Part shown: in pieces, positions 39,789 to 52,564 of the stretch
How the letters are laid out: every line of letters starts with the position of its first letter
How positions within the stretch are numbered: the stretch's first letter is position 1
Assembly: GCA_964276515.1 (NCBI GenBank)
Contig: OZ193909.1
Span: forward strand, 8,122,001 to 8,186,000
Reading direction: 5' to 3'
Length of the DNA stretch: 64,000 bases
Origin: Gordius albopunctatus
Taxonomy: Eukaryota
The notes under the pieces: model-generated
Seen by the model: only the letters and a program-made list of their open reading frames with translations
Told to the model about the DNA's origin: nothing
The model's database searches: none
Program-made: the position numbers and the translations under genes

Positions 39789-39933
39789 CATGGGCGTACC
39801 CAGCCCCCCCCCCCAAATCCAAAAATTAGGTGAAAATTATTAAAAGTATGGCTAAAATTTGGAAAAATGATCATTTTGCCCCTCCCTGCGTCAATATTGT
39901 GCCCCTCTAATCACAATGCTGCCTAAGCCCATG
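39789..39933. mobile_element. Short hAT-type MITE (CATGGGCGTAGCC family)
   Basis: CATGGGCGTACCCAG / GCCTAAGCCCATG ends, TSD AATGCACT / AATGGACT. Confidence 0.75.
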
Positions 39934-40529
39934 AATGGACTCAATAGAAAAACAATATTTACGCTTAAAAAATTGGGATAGTGAAGGGATGATAATCTTT
40001 TCAAATTGTTAAGGATACTACGAGATAGATTAAAAAAAATAGGTATAGTATTTTTGAAATTCAAAATATTAGTTTAATTGATAGCAAAAATATAAACTCG
40101 ATGTGAAATTGGTTATTTTAATAATAATAATTGACGGGAAAAATAAGCAAAAAAATGACATTGATTTAATGTTTTAAATCGTAAAAAGTTTCCATTTTTC
40201 GTAGCACATGCCTACATTCATCACACTGCACTACCTACAGGCATGACGGTCTAAAAATACTATAAGTGATACACTTTTATTAAAGAACTTTATATTCAAA
40301 TTTTCAAAGAACACGATGGATACGCAGTACGTCATGAGGCTGCGTTTGATTGACATTTTATTAAACGTCAAAACGTATAAAACAAACTAACTCGAAAACT
40401 ACTGGACCGATTTGGCTCGAACAAATCTTTAAACATGCTCCGGAGTGTCAGGGATAAACTGTGAAATTTTGAGCCAAATCGGTCTGGTAGTTTTCCAAAA
40501 TTGGTGGCGGCATACATACATCAAATTTT

Positions 40530-42268
40530 ATTTAATATATTGTTCTTGTTACTACCATTGATAATATGGCTTATTGGTTGTCCGCTGCTACTGACCAATG
40601 GGAAAAAATGATCACTGGCCAAAGTGAAATTTTTTTCTTTAAATTAATATATAGTTATTGTTGGTACCATTGATAATATAGCTTTTGCCCGTCTGCTGGC
40701 TACTGACCAATGGCAAAAAATGACCATTGGCCAAAGTGTGAAGCAAAATTTTTTTTTTCGTTTATTTTTGACTAACATTGATTTATAGACGCCCTCCCCT
40801 AGAAGGGCTTATGCTTCTCCTGATATGGGTCCCTGGGTCCCGCCCTCTTACAAAGGAGTATGCCTCTCTTCTACTGATGTGGGTTCGAATCCCGGAGAGG
40901 CCAAAAAATATTAAAAAAAATTTTTTTTAATTAATTGTTCGTACCATTGATAATATGACTTTTTGGCCGTCCGCCGGCTGCTGACCAATGGAAAAAATGA
41001 CCATTGGCCAAAGTGTGAATAAAATTTTTTTTCGTTTTTTTGACTCGTATGTATTTATAGACAGTCTCTTGGTTTGGTACAGATCAATGGAAAAAAATGA
41101 ACATTAGCCAAATTGTGATTCGAATTTTTTTTTTCGTTTTTTTGACTCGCATGTATTTATAGACCGTCTCTTGGTACTGACCAATAAAAAAAATGAACAT
41201 TGGCCATATTGCTTAAGTAAAGGCTAAAATTTCAAAATGCTCCTCCCAAAATCATTATTTTCGTTTTTGAATAGGTTAACGTTGATCATTACCCTATGCC
41301 CTCCCCTGCAAGTGCCTATTTTTAAATTAAATTAATATTTTGTTCTTGTTGACATTTGTTAAATTATCTATAATATATTGATTTTCTATTATTGTTTCAT
41401 TTTATTATATAATAAACATAAATAAAACACATCTTTATTATTTCATTATCTATATAAATTTTTATTTTTTTTTAAATTAAATTAATATTATGTTCTTGTT
41501 AATACCATGGATAATATGACTTTTTGACCTTCCGCTGGCTACTGACCAATTAAAAAAATGACCATTGGCCAAATTGTGATTCGAATTTTTTTTTTCGTTT
41601 TTGAATTGGTTAACATTGATAATTACCCTATGCCCTCCCCTATAAGGGCTTATGCCTCTACTGATATGGGTCCCTGTGCCCCTACAAAAGCCTATGCCTC
41701 TATTGATGTGGGTTCGAATCCCGGAGAAGACAGAATTTTTATTTTTTTTTAATTAAATTAATATATTGTTATTGTTACTACCATTGATAATATGACTTTT
41801 TGGCTGTCCGCTGGCTACTGACCAATGAAAAAATGACCATTGGCCAAATTATGAATCAAAAATTTTTTCCGTTTTTGAATAGGTTAACATTGATAATTAC
41901 CCTAAGCCCTCCCCTACAAGTGCCTATGCTTCTACTGATATGGGTCCCTGTGCCCCTACAAAGGCTTATGCCTCTATTTAATGTGGGTTCGAATCCCGGC
42001 AGGGAAATTTTTCTTAAATTAAATGGAAAATTTGTATAAATAATTAACTAATCATTTTGCATTTAATACCCCTCTATAGGCATTTTCATCCCTTCCCACC
42101 TTTCTCGCCCATATTTTTTAATTAGATGGAAAATTTGTATAAACATTTTGCATATAACGCCCATAAATTGCATAGCAAATATGCTACGTTTATACGGAGT
42201 ATAGATGAGTCGTCCCCCCTTCCCTTCTCCCCTCCCCCTTCACACGAGGGCCGAAGTCCCGAGTTTTT
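40530..42268 (+). mobile_element. HINE-like element with internally amplified modules
   Basis: Repeated TACTGACCAAT..AAAATGACCATTGGCCA units and three GTGGGTTCGAATCCCGG modules. 3' sub-terminal repeat CCCATAAATTGCATAGCAA (about 42160) and terminal stem-loop (about 42245-42263). The distal part is a close inverted copy of 21866-22610. Confidence 0.72.
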
Positions 42269-42894
42269 ATATATAAGAATATAAATCAACAGTTTTTATA
42301 ATTTTTAATGTTATTAAACAAACATTTAACACGGTAAATTTATTTAGAGAAATAGTTTTGTTTTCAATCATTGGTCACTGGGAGTCGCCTAAAATAATAG
42401 AGAACGTCGGTAAGTTTTTTAAAACGAACGATCTTTGATTTGATGTACATGATAAGCATTAAAATCAACATAATGATATTATTAAATTCAAATTATAAAA
42501 TCATATTTTAACACAACATAATCCATCTTATACCCTTGTCACAAATTTGTTTTAATAGAAATTTTAGTGTTAGGTAAGGTCATTTTGACAAAAATAATTT
42601 TACAAAGATCTTTAATAACAAAAATTATGCACTAATCAAAACAATTTAATAACACAAACAAAGGCGATTTTAGCTAAGCAAAAACATCTTTATTTAATAT
42701 ATGTAAAAATTGTAATACCGTAAGAGTGATTTAATCGTAAATTTGTTAAAAAATAAAACAATAGATATAGACAAAAAGATAGCGCTATATAAAATATTGC
42801 TTAAATTATCATAACAAGTTTATAGTAAGGGTTATATAATAGCTGTATACACGAATTTATATTTGAAATATAAACTAAAAAGTGGAAGATTCGT

Positions 42895-45800
42895 TTAAAA
42901 ATGCATAGCTCTCTTACGATTTATGTTGGGATTTCGAGTCTCTTCAAATTTCACTGGACTCAAGAGAGGATCTAATTGAATTTCCTTAAATTGTGTTAAT
43001 TTAAATTAAAAGGTAATCTACTTGGTATTTAAATATCGTCTGCGTATTGAACCATAACTTAAAAGCTTCGATGACCAAAGGGATATTGTAAAAATCTTCT
43101 TTCTTCAAATATACCCTAACATAACGTTCTATGAATAGGTCAGGCAACATGGTTGAGACCTGTTAAAATTTTTTAACAATTCTTATGTGCAATGTTTAAT
43201 TTTACCTCGGCCTTTTTAATTCTTTTGGTTTCATTTGGATGATCTTTGGAATAGAACAAAACATTTTCCATTGGATTTATATCTTCCATCCCATAATCGA
43301 ATAATACAACCTACACATAAAACAAATGGTGATATAGGTTCTATGTTCGCGTCAAGGTATAAAAAAAACCATTTTTGATAATCTAAATGTTTTTTAAAGC
43401 ACAATTTATTCAAATATTATTATGGTCAGCAAAAATTAGTTTTAGAATTTTTTAAGCAAGGTCTCCAAATGGCAAAGCATTCCACACGTAGCAAAGCCGC
43501 ATGATTCAAATTGTTGATAGATTAAATTTTAGTTATTATAAAATACATAGAATGTAGGCTCTACGCTTCATTGACATTAGTTAAAATTTGGAGCTAAAGC
43601 AACATCAAATTATCATATTGTTAAATATATCCTCCAACCCAACTTAGCACGATTAAATTTATAGAGTTTATAAATGTCGAAGCAATATTTAGTAAATTAA
43701 CAAGATGAATCAAAGATTGACCTGGACAACCAAATCTTGGGCACTTAGGCATAATTCCAATGATTTATCGATGTGGTAAGCTGATTGTACAATTTGTTCC
43801 TTGATAGCTCTCACTATGTCCTGCGAATAATCGAATTAAATTTTTTTGTAATAATTGCACACAACATACGTCTTCTATGTCCGTAGGGGCATTAAACTGA
43901 AATTGCCCAATGTGCTTGAAAAGAGATCGTTTTTGAATCCTATTCAACATGTAACGAGCCGGGGCTAATTCAGGGTCGGTTGAATCGAGAATTTTATAGA
44001 AGACATTATCTGTCAGGTGGCAATAGGCGACCATATCGTTTATTGCTTCTGTCATTTTTAACATTTTCCTAACATGTAATAATTTTTTTTATAGTTTTAG
44101 CATTAATTACAATATAATAAGTTAAGTCGCAAAAAATTGCAAATTTTAATACCCATCGGATCCGGGGAAAAAGAGGTAATCATTAGCTTTGGCAAAAGCT
44201 TCGGTAACCCTTTGAAACGTAAACGATATATCAGAATTATAATTAAATAATTCAAATGTGAAGAACGTAGCAAACAAATAATGATTTCCTACATAGCTTC
44301 GATGATGTTAGAGACGCGATGTTGATAAGCTTTGCGATGCAGGGTATCCCTCGTGTGAAACATGTCATACAAATTCTTGGCCTCCTGCGAAAAACATTAA
44401 ATACTAAACAGTGGATTATTATCTCATAAAATGAAATGAAAAAATAAATCGTTGTAGACGGTCCTCTTTTACACCTTAACACAAACAAATTGCCAGTTTA
44501 AGCCTCATACTTACATAATTTTCTTGAAATTATTTAGAATCAAGACTACTCCAAACAACTCTAAATTTAGCATTTTTGATTATTATTTATCATGTATAAA
44601 TTTTGCCTATACCCTAGGTAATTTTTTGAGTTAGATGGATAAAAAAACAATTTTTTAATAACTATAGAGATTTGAGTTTTATCTAAAACGAAAACGTCTG
44701 ATTGGACGAAATAACTTATTATTTCAACTAGCCTTTTTTCCCTTCACTTATTCTCAATACTTAATGTTTAATATCCAAAATGGTTCAATTTATCAAAAAA
44801 TTTTGATTAAATAATGTATTAGGTGCAGAGTTTTATAATTAAACTCCGAGTCTTTATAAATTTCATTTTCGCCCTCTTAACAAAACCCATGTTTTAGTAC
44901 GTGAATAGTGGCAGTAAATGCACCCTAACCTTGTCCCTAAAACAAATGGTCAAGAGGCCATTCTCGTCAGGGATGACGCGATTGAATTTGATGAGTCGCG
45001 TGTAGTCAAAATTGTTCCTTATGCCTAGGTGGTGACAATCGCGAGCGAAATAATCCCATTTGTCCACATCAACGCCCGTTTTATGATTAGCCACAATCTT
45101 TCACAGCACATATTTCATTAGATTAAGGAAGGGATCATGGTTGGGTGTAAAATGAAATGAGTAAAATAATTTTATAAGCGTTGATTAATCAATTACCGAA
45201 CAAGAGGCCGGGTTCAAAGGTAAATTATGGGAAACCTAAAAACTGTTTTTAAAATAAAATCATATACAATGGCTAAAGACGGTTGTTTGGTTGTAATTGA
45301 CTAGAGATAGTTAAAAGGAGTCAAAATGTAAAGTTGCGATTTTTTATTTTGACTTATATCTATGTTTACGCGCCGACCTAAACACAACTCAAAATGGCTT
45401 CAAAGACTTCAGATCGGTAGTATTTAATGTGTGTAATTACTTCATAGAGGAAACTTTTCCCCTTGTCTCGACCACGATACTTCCAACCCTAAAAATTTTT
45501 AAATAATTTTTACATATATAAGCATATGAAATTGAAGTGCCGCTTTTATCGATCATAACAATAATAATTATTTAAATTTTTTATTAAAATATCGTTAATT
45601 TAAAAACTAAGTTTAAATATGGAAGGGGGCGGCTGACTTAGACTCTCTTATGTTAGATTCGCTTTGAAGTATTCCCTTCATAAAAAATAGAACCAGCAAT
45701 CCGAACCTTGAACACCCTACACTTCAACTCGCCAACTATTGGGGTCTATCACATTAAAGGTTGTGCTAAACGTTAAAAAAACTCTAAAACGTAAATAATT

Positions 45801-48800
45801 GCCGTTTACAACACTATTTCTTGTAAAGGTTATGAAGCTTATAAAAGTGGAGGGGCAAAGGCTTGACTTTTGGGTGGGGATGAGTGCAGATACTGGAACT
45901 CCGGCGGTATTTCTTGTAGGGCAAATCAACCTCAAAGCCCCCATTTTGGTGATGATTACATGCCTCCTCTTCCCCCGCCACTTCACAAAGCGGTCCTGCA
46001 ATGAGTTCGCACACGAAAATAACGTTGGTTTCGTCGACGCCGTACGCTTTAAAAGCCGTCTGCAGTTTTGGGTTATCTTTCAGCATATACCTCAGCATAT
46101 CGATCGAACCTTTTTCGTGCTGACCGTCGCATTTTTAACGATACAAACGAAAATTATTATTACTTCTCGATCGATTATGAGTCAAAATTGAAGATATGAT
46201 ATACATAAACCAGGTATAGGTGGAACAACCAAAATAAGAATTTAATGTTTTTGTAGAGAAAAAATAATGCTTCCAAATCAATAAAAAAAGATTGTTTAAA
46301 AAGATAGATTAAAATTCGGCTATTAGTATCATACAAGAACCGAAACGCAATAAATTCACAAATAGTAGAGATTAGGTAGAGGTTAGGACTGCTCAACAAA
46401 GAAGGTCTCGTCATATATAAATAATATGACATACTAGTCAGAACGATATAATTTTAATTCAAACCTATAATACAGTATTAAAATTAATGTTTATTTAAGG
46501 CCATTAGTCAATCTATGTCCTAAATATACAGCACCACAAGCAATTCATTGATGTGCTGCAATAAGAAGTGGCAAAGTAAGCACATGATGCTCGCTCGCTC
46601 ATTACTTACCGACCAAGAGGAAGTTGGTAAAACGTTCGGTATGAAGTGGCGATCAAACAAGTGGGAAAATGGGCCGTGACCTATGATGATATACAATATA
46701 TAGTAACATGAATGACCGTCGCAAACAGGAATACGAACGATTCATCCTTTGCTTGATATTATTGTATACAATCGTATAAGCAGAATTTGGGATAAGACTC
46801 ATTTTTATTCATAAATTGAAAGATAAGCCGATTCAAGGGGTAAGCAAAATTATTTGCTAAAGTTATAGTACAGAATATCAAACAAAAAAACAATTTTTAT
46901 AAGTGATGATTGTCTGAATTTGTGTGCGAATCACTTACATAATCAGTGACAAAATAGAAGGGCACTTAAAGTCTTGAAAATGAAATTAAAAGCATATAAT
47001 GGTTCAGCGCAAAATCCTCTATCAGAAATATAGGTCCGAGGTTAGAAAAAGATTAAGAATAGTATACGATTGACTTCAAAATAATCATTTAAACAAAAAT
47101 TAACTATGATTATGTAAATTTTTTTAAAATAAAATCCATATAATTGTAGTGTTATAAAGGGGAATATATATAAGACAAACAAAATACACTAACTATATAA
47201 AAACAAATGAATATATAAGACATATCAAAAAATTAGAATTACTTCTTAATGTTTCTTTGAAACGTATAATTTAAAACTAACGATATTTTTTATCATATTC
47301 TCAAGTTCTTATTGCTATTTTATAAATAAGAGGCAATTAATATTGGAATAATTACTATCAAATTACAAATAAAAAGGATTTAATTTGAGACGGAGATATT
47401 TTAATTTAAAGGATATTAAAACTAGATTAGTAGTCATCACATAATTTAAAATAAAGACCACATTGATTCCATCGTGCACATGACAGGGTGACAAATATAA
47501 CTATGCCCCTTTCATATCGAGCCAATTTGTACAATGGCTTATACAAGATTTAAAATAAAAAAGGGGAAATCAAAACTTTCAATAGCGAATTAAACTATTT
47601 AAACGTAGGTCGGTTACTTTATTTTTAGATAATTTAAAACTTGATTAAATACCCAAGTCATGACACAACCCGGCTATTTCGACGCAAAGGATGTCCAATT
47701 CTGTTATACCAAGTTCGGGTTGTTTGGCTTGAAGGTGTCGAGCCATTTGTCCCGCTAGGTATCCCACACTATGTATGTTGTTAGGACATTATATTGATAC
47801 TGATACTGTTCCCAATATCAAATAACGATTAAAAATTTTTAAAACGATAATTTTACAAAGTATTATACACAATTAGTTGTTTAGCGAATCCATGGCTTAT
47901 AGGCTGCTTGTACAGCCTAGCACAGGGGCTATCTATATGGATTAACTTTGTAGAATTAATAAAACCTAGGCCGTGTATTTAAAAAGTCTTTGATTACTTT
48001 AAAGAAATGTGGCGGTTTCATAAAATATTTAATGCATTTTAAGGGAAAAAATGTTAGGATACACTACTAAAGTCAAGGCGTATATTTACTGTCATTCTAA
48101 ACTAGATAGGCAATTATATAGTTAGATCAAGAAGAGACTATAACACAGACAGTAGTATGTAATAAACAATTTTTCCATTACCACCTTTTAAGCAATTTTA
48201 TATATTTTTATATTATTATTTTAATGCTATTTATAAGGTTTAAGCAAATTCTTATATAATTGACATGATTTTATGGCATTTAGCTATGCTTTATAATATT
48301 TGCTGTTGTTAGTTTCTTTTCCCATTTACTGTTATTCTGTGTTCATCCCCCTATATAATTTAAAGAACTCCCTCTCTACTTTCCTTAATTCTAATTCCTT
48401 TCCGTTTTTAACCATTTCACGCATAAATTATTCACTTGTTTACGAAAATGGAAGTAAAATAATAAAAATTGGGATATAATAATAAATTTGAGGTTAAACG
48501 GTATTAACTATTGTATATGGGAAAATTTTAAGAATTTTTTATTTAAAAGTTCTTTAACTTTTACCATATAACAAAATCTTAAAAACTAAATTTACATAGC
48601 AATTAATAAAAAAAGCTTGCACCGTTAAGTCATCATGGACAAAATATCCGATATATCGTCGTTGCCATTAAGATTCATGCCACGATACTGCTACAAGTAG
48701 AGTTGTTATATTGCTAACTTTCTTCAACTCCATCTACCATCTGCTCGAGTTTCTGCTTGGTCCTCGAGCATTTTTATATGCTACTGCTCTGCCTAGTGTA

Positions 48801-50212
48801 CCAAAAGCGAGCACATATTGTGCTAACGTGCATATTAAGCAACTCAGTGTGCGGGCTCGCGTCTGGAGTTTTAAGAAAGTTAGCAATTTAACAACTCTAG
48901 CTACAAGCTAAAATGCAGTTAAAACTTTATTTCCTTTAGCCGCCCCCAACCCCCTAAAGCTAACTAAAAACATAAGATTCATCAATTTCACTCGGGGGTT
49001 AAAATGGTGCAAATAAAGTTTATAGCTTATTATATGACCTAAAAACTAAGGTATTTTACGATCAGATAAACAAATTAAAGCAAACGTTTTCGTTTAATGG
49101 GGGGGGGGGGGGTGGATATACCTAGACCCCTGCAAAATGAATTTCTTTCTGCCCGAGCTCGGCCCGAGCAAATTTTTTATTTTAGGCCCGACCCGAGCCT
49201 AAAATAATTTTTTTTTTTAATTTATTTTAAAATTTTCGAAAATTATTTTACCATCCATATAAATACATAATGAATTAAATTGTTATTACACTTAATTTAC
49301 AACTAGTATAAGTTTGAAATAAAATTTTCATTACTCGCTACAATTAATTCAGCTAATAATTAAAAACTGGAAATCTAACTTTATAAAATATTTCCTTATT
49401 TTATTTCTAAAGTTACAGCTACTTTGAATATATTTAAATATTAGAATGAGATTTGCAATTTAGGTCAAAATATTATGGAAAAAAGCTTAAGCTTGGAAGC
49501 TATATTAGGTATGGTGTACGAAGATATTTATTTAATATCGAGTTGAGTTTGTTTAAATCATATTTTATAAAAGATTAGTTTGCTTTAGTCAATTTCGGCC
49601 GGGCTCAGGGATTGGGTCGGGGCGCCTCATCAGGCCCGACCCGAGCCCCGATTATTTTATTAAATTCTGTCCGACCCCGACCGGGCTTCGGGCGGCCCGT
49701 GCAGGGCTCTAGATATACCCGATAGAGTGTTCGAATCGATTGTTGGTTGCACCGGGGAAGACCCAATAACATACGCCGAGTTGTTTGATAGCGCGAAGGC
49801 GTTGAAATTGTGGCGTATCTATGATATGCACGCATACCGGGTGCATTTCGATGTGACCGTGGATCGAATCGTTAAAAATCTATTCAAAAGTTTTACATAA
49901 AAAGTAGGAATGAGTAAATAATACACATTTAAATAAAAGACAATCATTAAAATTTATTCTATTGGTCTTTATAGACAATCCTAATCGTCAGAACGAGATT
50001 TTTACTAATATCAAAGTTAGTGCAATGATCAAATAGTTCATATTAAAATAAATTGCATATAGTAACTAAAGTGATTAATTTTTAGATGATATAAAAGCAT
50101 GGGCAGATTGAATTGTTAATTACTCTGACTGGCATATGATTACTTTATATTCCAGACAACTGGAATTTGGCATCGAAAGGTTATTGTAATTCAATGGAAG
50201 TTGATTATTCAT
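42895..50212 (-). CDS. SAMHD1: SAMHD1-like dNTP triphosphohydrolase (HD domain, no SAM domain), about 533 aa; exons 50212-50144, 49879-49719, 47768-47653, 46680-46610, 46119-45931, 45488-45441, 45097-44930, 44384-44293, 44209-44153, 44068-43870, 43820-43722, 43310-43206, 43159-43022, 42984-42895
   Basis: Open spliced frame with [105 protein letters not shown]...NP, VSTMLP..F.E. The donor at 45930 is the least certain junction. Confidence 0.94.
49123..49711. mobile_element. hAT-type MITE (TAGAGCCCTGCA family) in SAMHD1 intron 2
   Basis: TAGACCCCTGCA / TGCAGGGCTCTA ends, perfect 8-bp TSD GATATACC (49115-49122 and 49712-49719). Confidence 0.9.
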
Positions 50213-51472
50213 GCGTTACGGGTAAGCGTCGAGAAAATCAAACCAATTCTAAATATTTTGCATAATATATATATTCTGATTCAAATTAAAAAAGTTTGAA
50301 GTTTTCAAAGAGTATTATAACTCGTGAAAATTACACAAAATTTATCATTTTTATAACTTTCATTTTGAAGTTAAAATTTTAAATTTATGCTTATAGGCAG
50401 GCGCCAATGAATTAAGCATAATTTACATTTGATATTGGTCATTGCTCCTTTCTAATTAAAAATTGTTATTAATATTCAAAAGTAATTATATTAAATCTCA
50501 AACGCATTCGTTGTTTAAACAAATTTTTAGTTATATACTAGGAGGTGGCTAAACAAAGTTAAAGGCCAAATTCACACGAATGTGAGGCAGGGTACTATAT
50601 GTAACATAATTACAAACCTCAAGACAAGAGTCATGCAAGATCAGCAAGATAAGATGGCTGATAATAGTGAGCAAGCAATGTTAACTAAATTCCGAAACAT
50701 ATTGGATTGTTCAAAAACACCAACTTCTCAACAATTTCTCCTCTATAAAATTATGCCAAATTCAATTAATAAATATTAATTTCCTCCCCTCTATAAAATC
50801 ATGCCAAATTGAAATTATATAAATAATCTTAGATTTTTAAATGTGTCAAAAACGCAGCACAATAATCAAAATAATTAGATACATAAAAGACCACCGTTCG
50901 CGCACATGTAAGATGATTTATGAAATTTTTCTAGTCGAAGTGGCTAAGTATCATTACTTGAAAATCGAAACGACGATTGGAAAGCTAAGCTTATTTTCTT
51001 GAGTTAACAACTTCGGCGCAAAATAGGCAACACATTTTTAAATAATACTTGGTGATAAATGGCGAACAAATGTTGAAGGTCGTTTAGGCGTAGTAGTAGA
51101 TTATAGAGATTGTTTGTTAAGTTTAGCAGAAGGTCTTTTAAAATCGCAAAAGTTGATTAATTATTATTATCCTGACCGACGATTTGAAAAATAGTTAAAG
51201 AACAGAACTTTCGCTTCTATTGATGTGACACAAAGAGCTAGAGTCGAAGGTTGCGTTGCAACATGTGTGCGCTTGCAAGATGGAAGAAGTTGCGCACTTA
51301 TAAATGATAAATGGACTTTAAAAAGGGTAATAAAACTTTTATTTATAGTGTTGAGGGATAAATTAATGTAATTGCAAAATAATTTAATTAAATAAAAAAG
51401 GAATGGTTTAGAAGAAGTGTGATAAACTATATATAAATTTTTTTATTCGCTATATTAGTCGTTACCTGCAAC

Positions 51473-52027
51473 AAGAGCCCTGCAAAATGAAATTTCTTCT
51501 GCCTGAGCCCGAAATATTTTTTTATTTTTGGCCCGACCCGATTTTTTGAATAAAATTTTTGAGAAATATATTTTTGAAAAGTATTTCAGCATCTTAATAT
51601 AAAATGCATTAGATTGTTATTTACACGTATTTACAACTAGGATAAGTTTGAAATAAAAAAATTTTCACTCGTTATAATTTATTCGGTTAATCATTTAGAG
51701 CTAAAAATTTAACTTTATAATATATATTTTTAACAATTTAGACAAAAAAAACCTTTTGAAATATTTACTTATCTTATTTCTAAAGTTGTAACAGCTACTA
51801 TAAATCTATTTATATCTTAGAATAAGATTTGCAATTCAGGTCAGTTATATTATAATAGAAAAGGGAAAAAGCTAAAGTTTGGAAGCTATATAATGTACGC
51901 TGTGTGAAAAATAATTATTTAATATCGAATTTCATTTAAATCATATTTTATAAGAGATTAATTTGTTTTAGTTCAATTTATATTATAAAAGTTGGGTCGG
52001 GCTTCGGGCGGCCCGTGCAGGGTTCTA
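51473..52027. mobile_element. hAT-type MITE (TAGAGCCCTGCA family)
   Basis: AAGAGCCCTGCA / TGCAGGGTTCTA ends, TSD CCTGCAAC / CTTGCAAC, interior similar to 7050-7702. Confidence 0.85.
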
Positions 52028-52343
52028 CTTGCAACCCAATCCTGAAATTTAAATATGAATAATAAAGTGATAAACAGTGAGACAAAAAAAAGAAGTTTTT
52101 TGTACAATTTTAGCGTCGCGTCCTTCTTCTTTAACAACGATTATCACAGCCGCTTAATAAAAAAAAGCAAATTCATGCTATGCCCATGTATAATGTGTAT
52201 GTCTAAATCATCATTTCGCCTCCATAAAGCATTATTGCCCCCCTCTGATCCCGATTCTGACTACGTCCACGGGGCTGTAAATGGTGGAAGGGGTAACTTT
52301 TGTTCATACAAAAAGCGAATTTAAAAAAATGACAATTTTATAT

Positions 52344-52564
52344 TAGATACCTGCACGGGTGGCCCGAAACCGGCACCGTTGAAAATTTTTAATGTCTTCG
52401 GGTTCGGATTGGATTTAAAAAGTCGAATCTCGGTAAAAAAATAAACGCTTTCGAGTCGAGTTAGAAATTTCAAAATGCTTTCGGGTTGGGTCGTGTTGAA
52501 AACTTTAAGATGCTTTAGGGTCTGGTAGAGTTCGGGTTGAAAAAGGTGACTTTCCAGGTCTCTA
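52344..52564. mobile_element. Short TIR element with TCGGGT repeats (related pieces at about 1200-1320 and 58765-58865)
   Basis: TAGATACCTGCACGGG / CCAGGTCTCTA ends and repeated TTCGGGTT motifs. TSD not convincing. Confidence 0.55.

Noticed and set aside
40540..41900. CRISPR-like array of recurring TACTGACCAAT units
   Set aside because: Eukaryotic context, irregular spacing, intervening sequences are themselves repeats, and there are no cas genes.
45799..46191. 130-aa plus-strand ORF, and 45717-46001 on minus
   Set aside because: Antisense or off-frame shadows of SAMHD1 exon 5 and its intron, with no recognisable motif.
49099..49112. Poly-G tracts (also near 11751, 22016, 63040) as functional G-quadruplexes
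   Set aside because: Simple homopolymers mostly within or beside repeats, with no evidence of function.
51040..51150. TPKRPS peptide as a possible SAMHD1 N-terminal NLS exon
   Set aside because: Bounded by in-frame stops with no usable start or acceptor. The ATG at 50212 already has an upstream in-frame stop.
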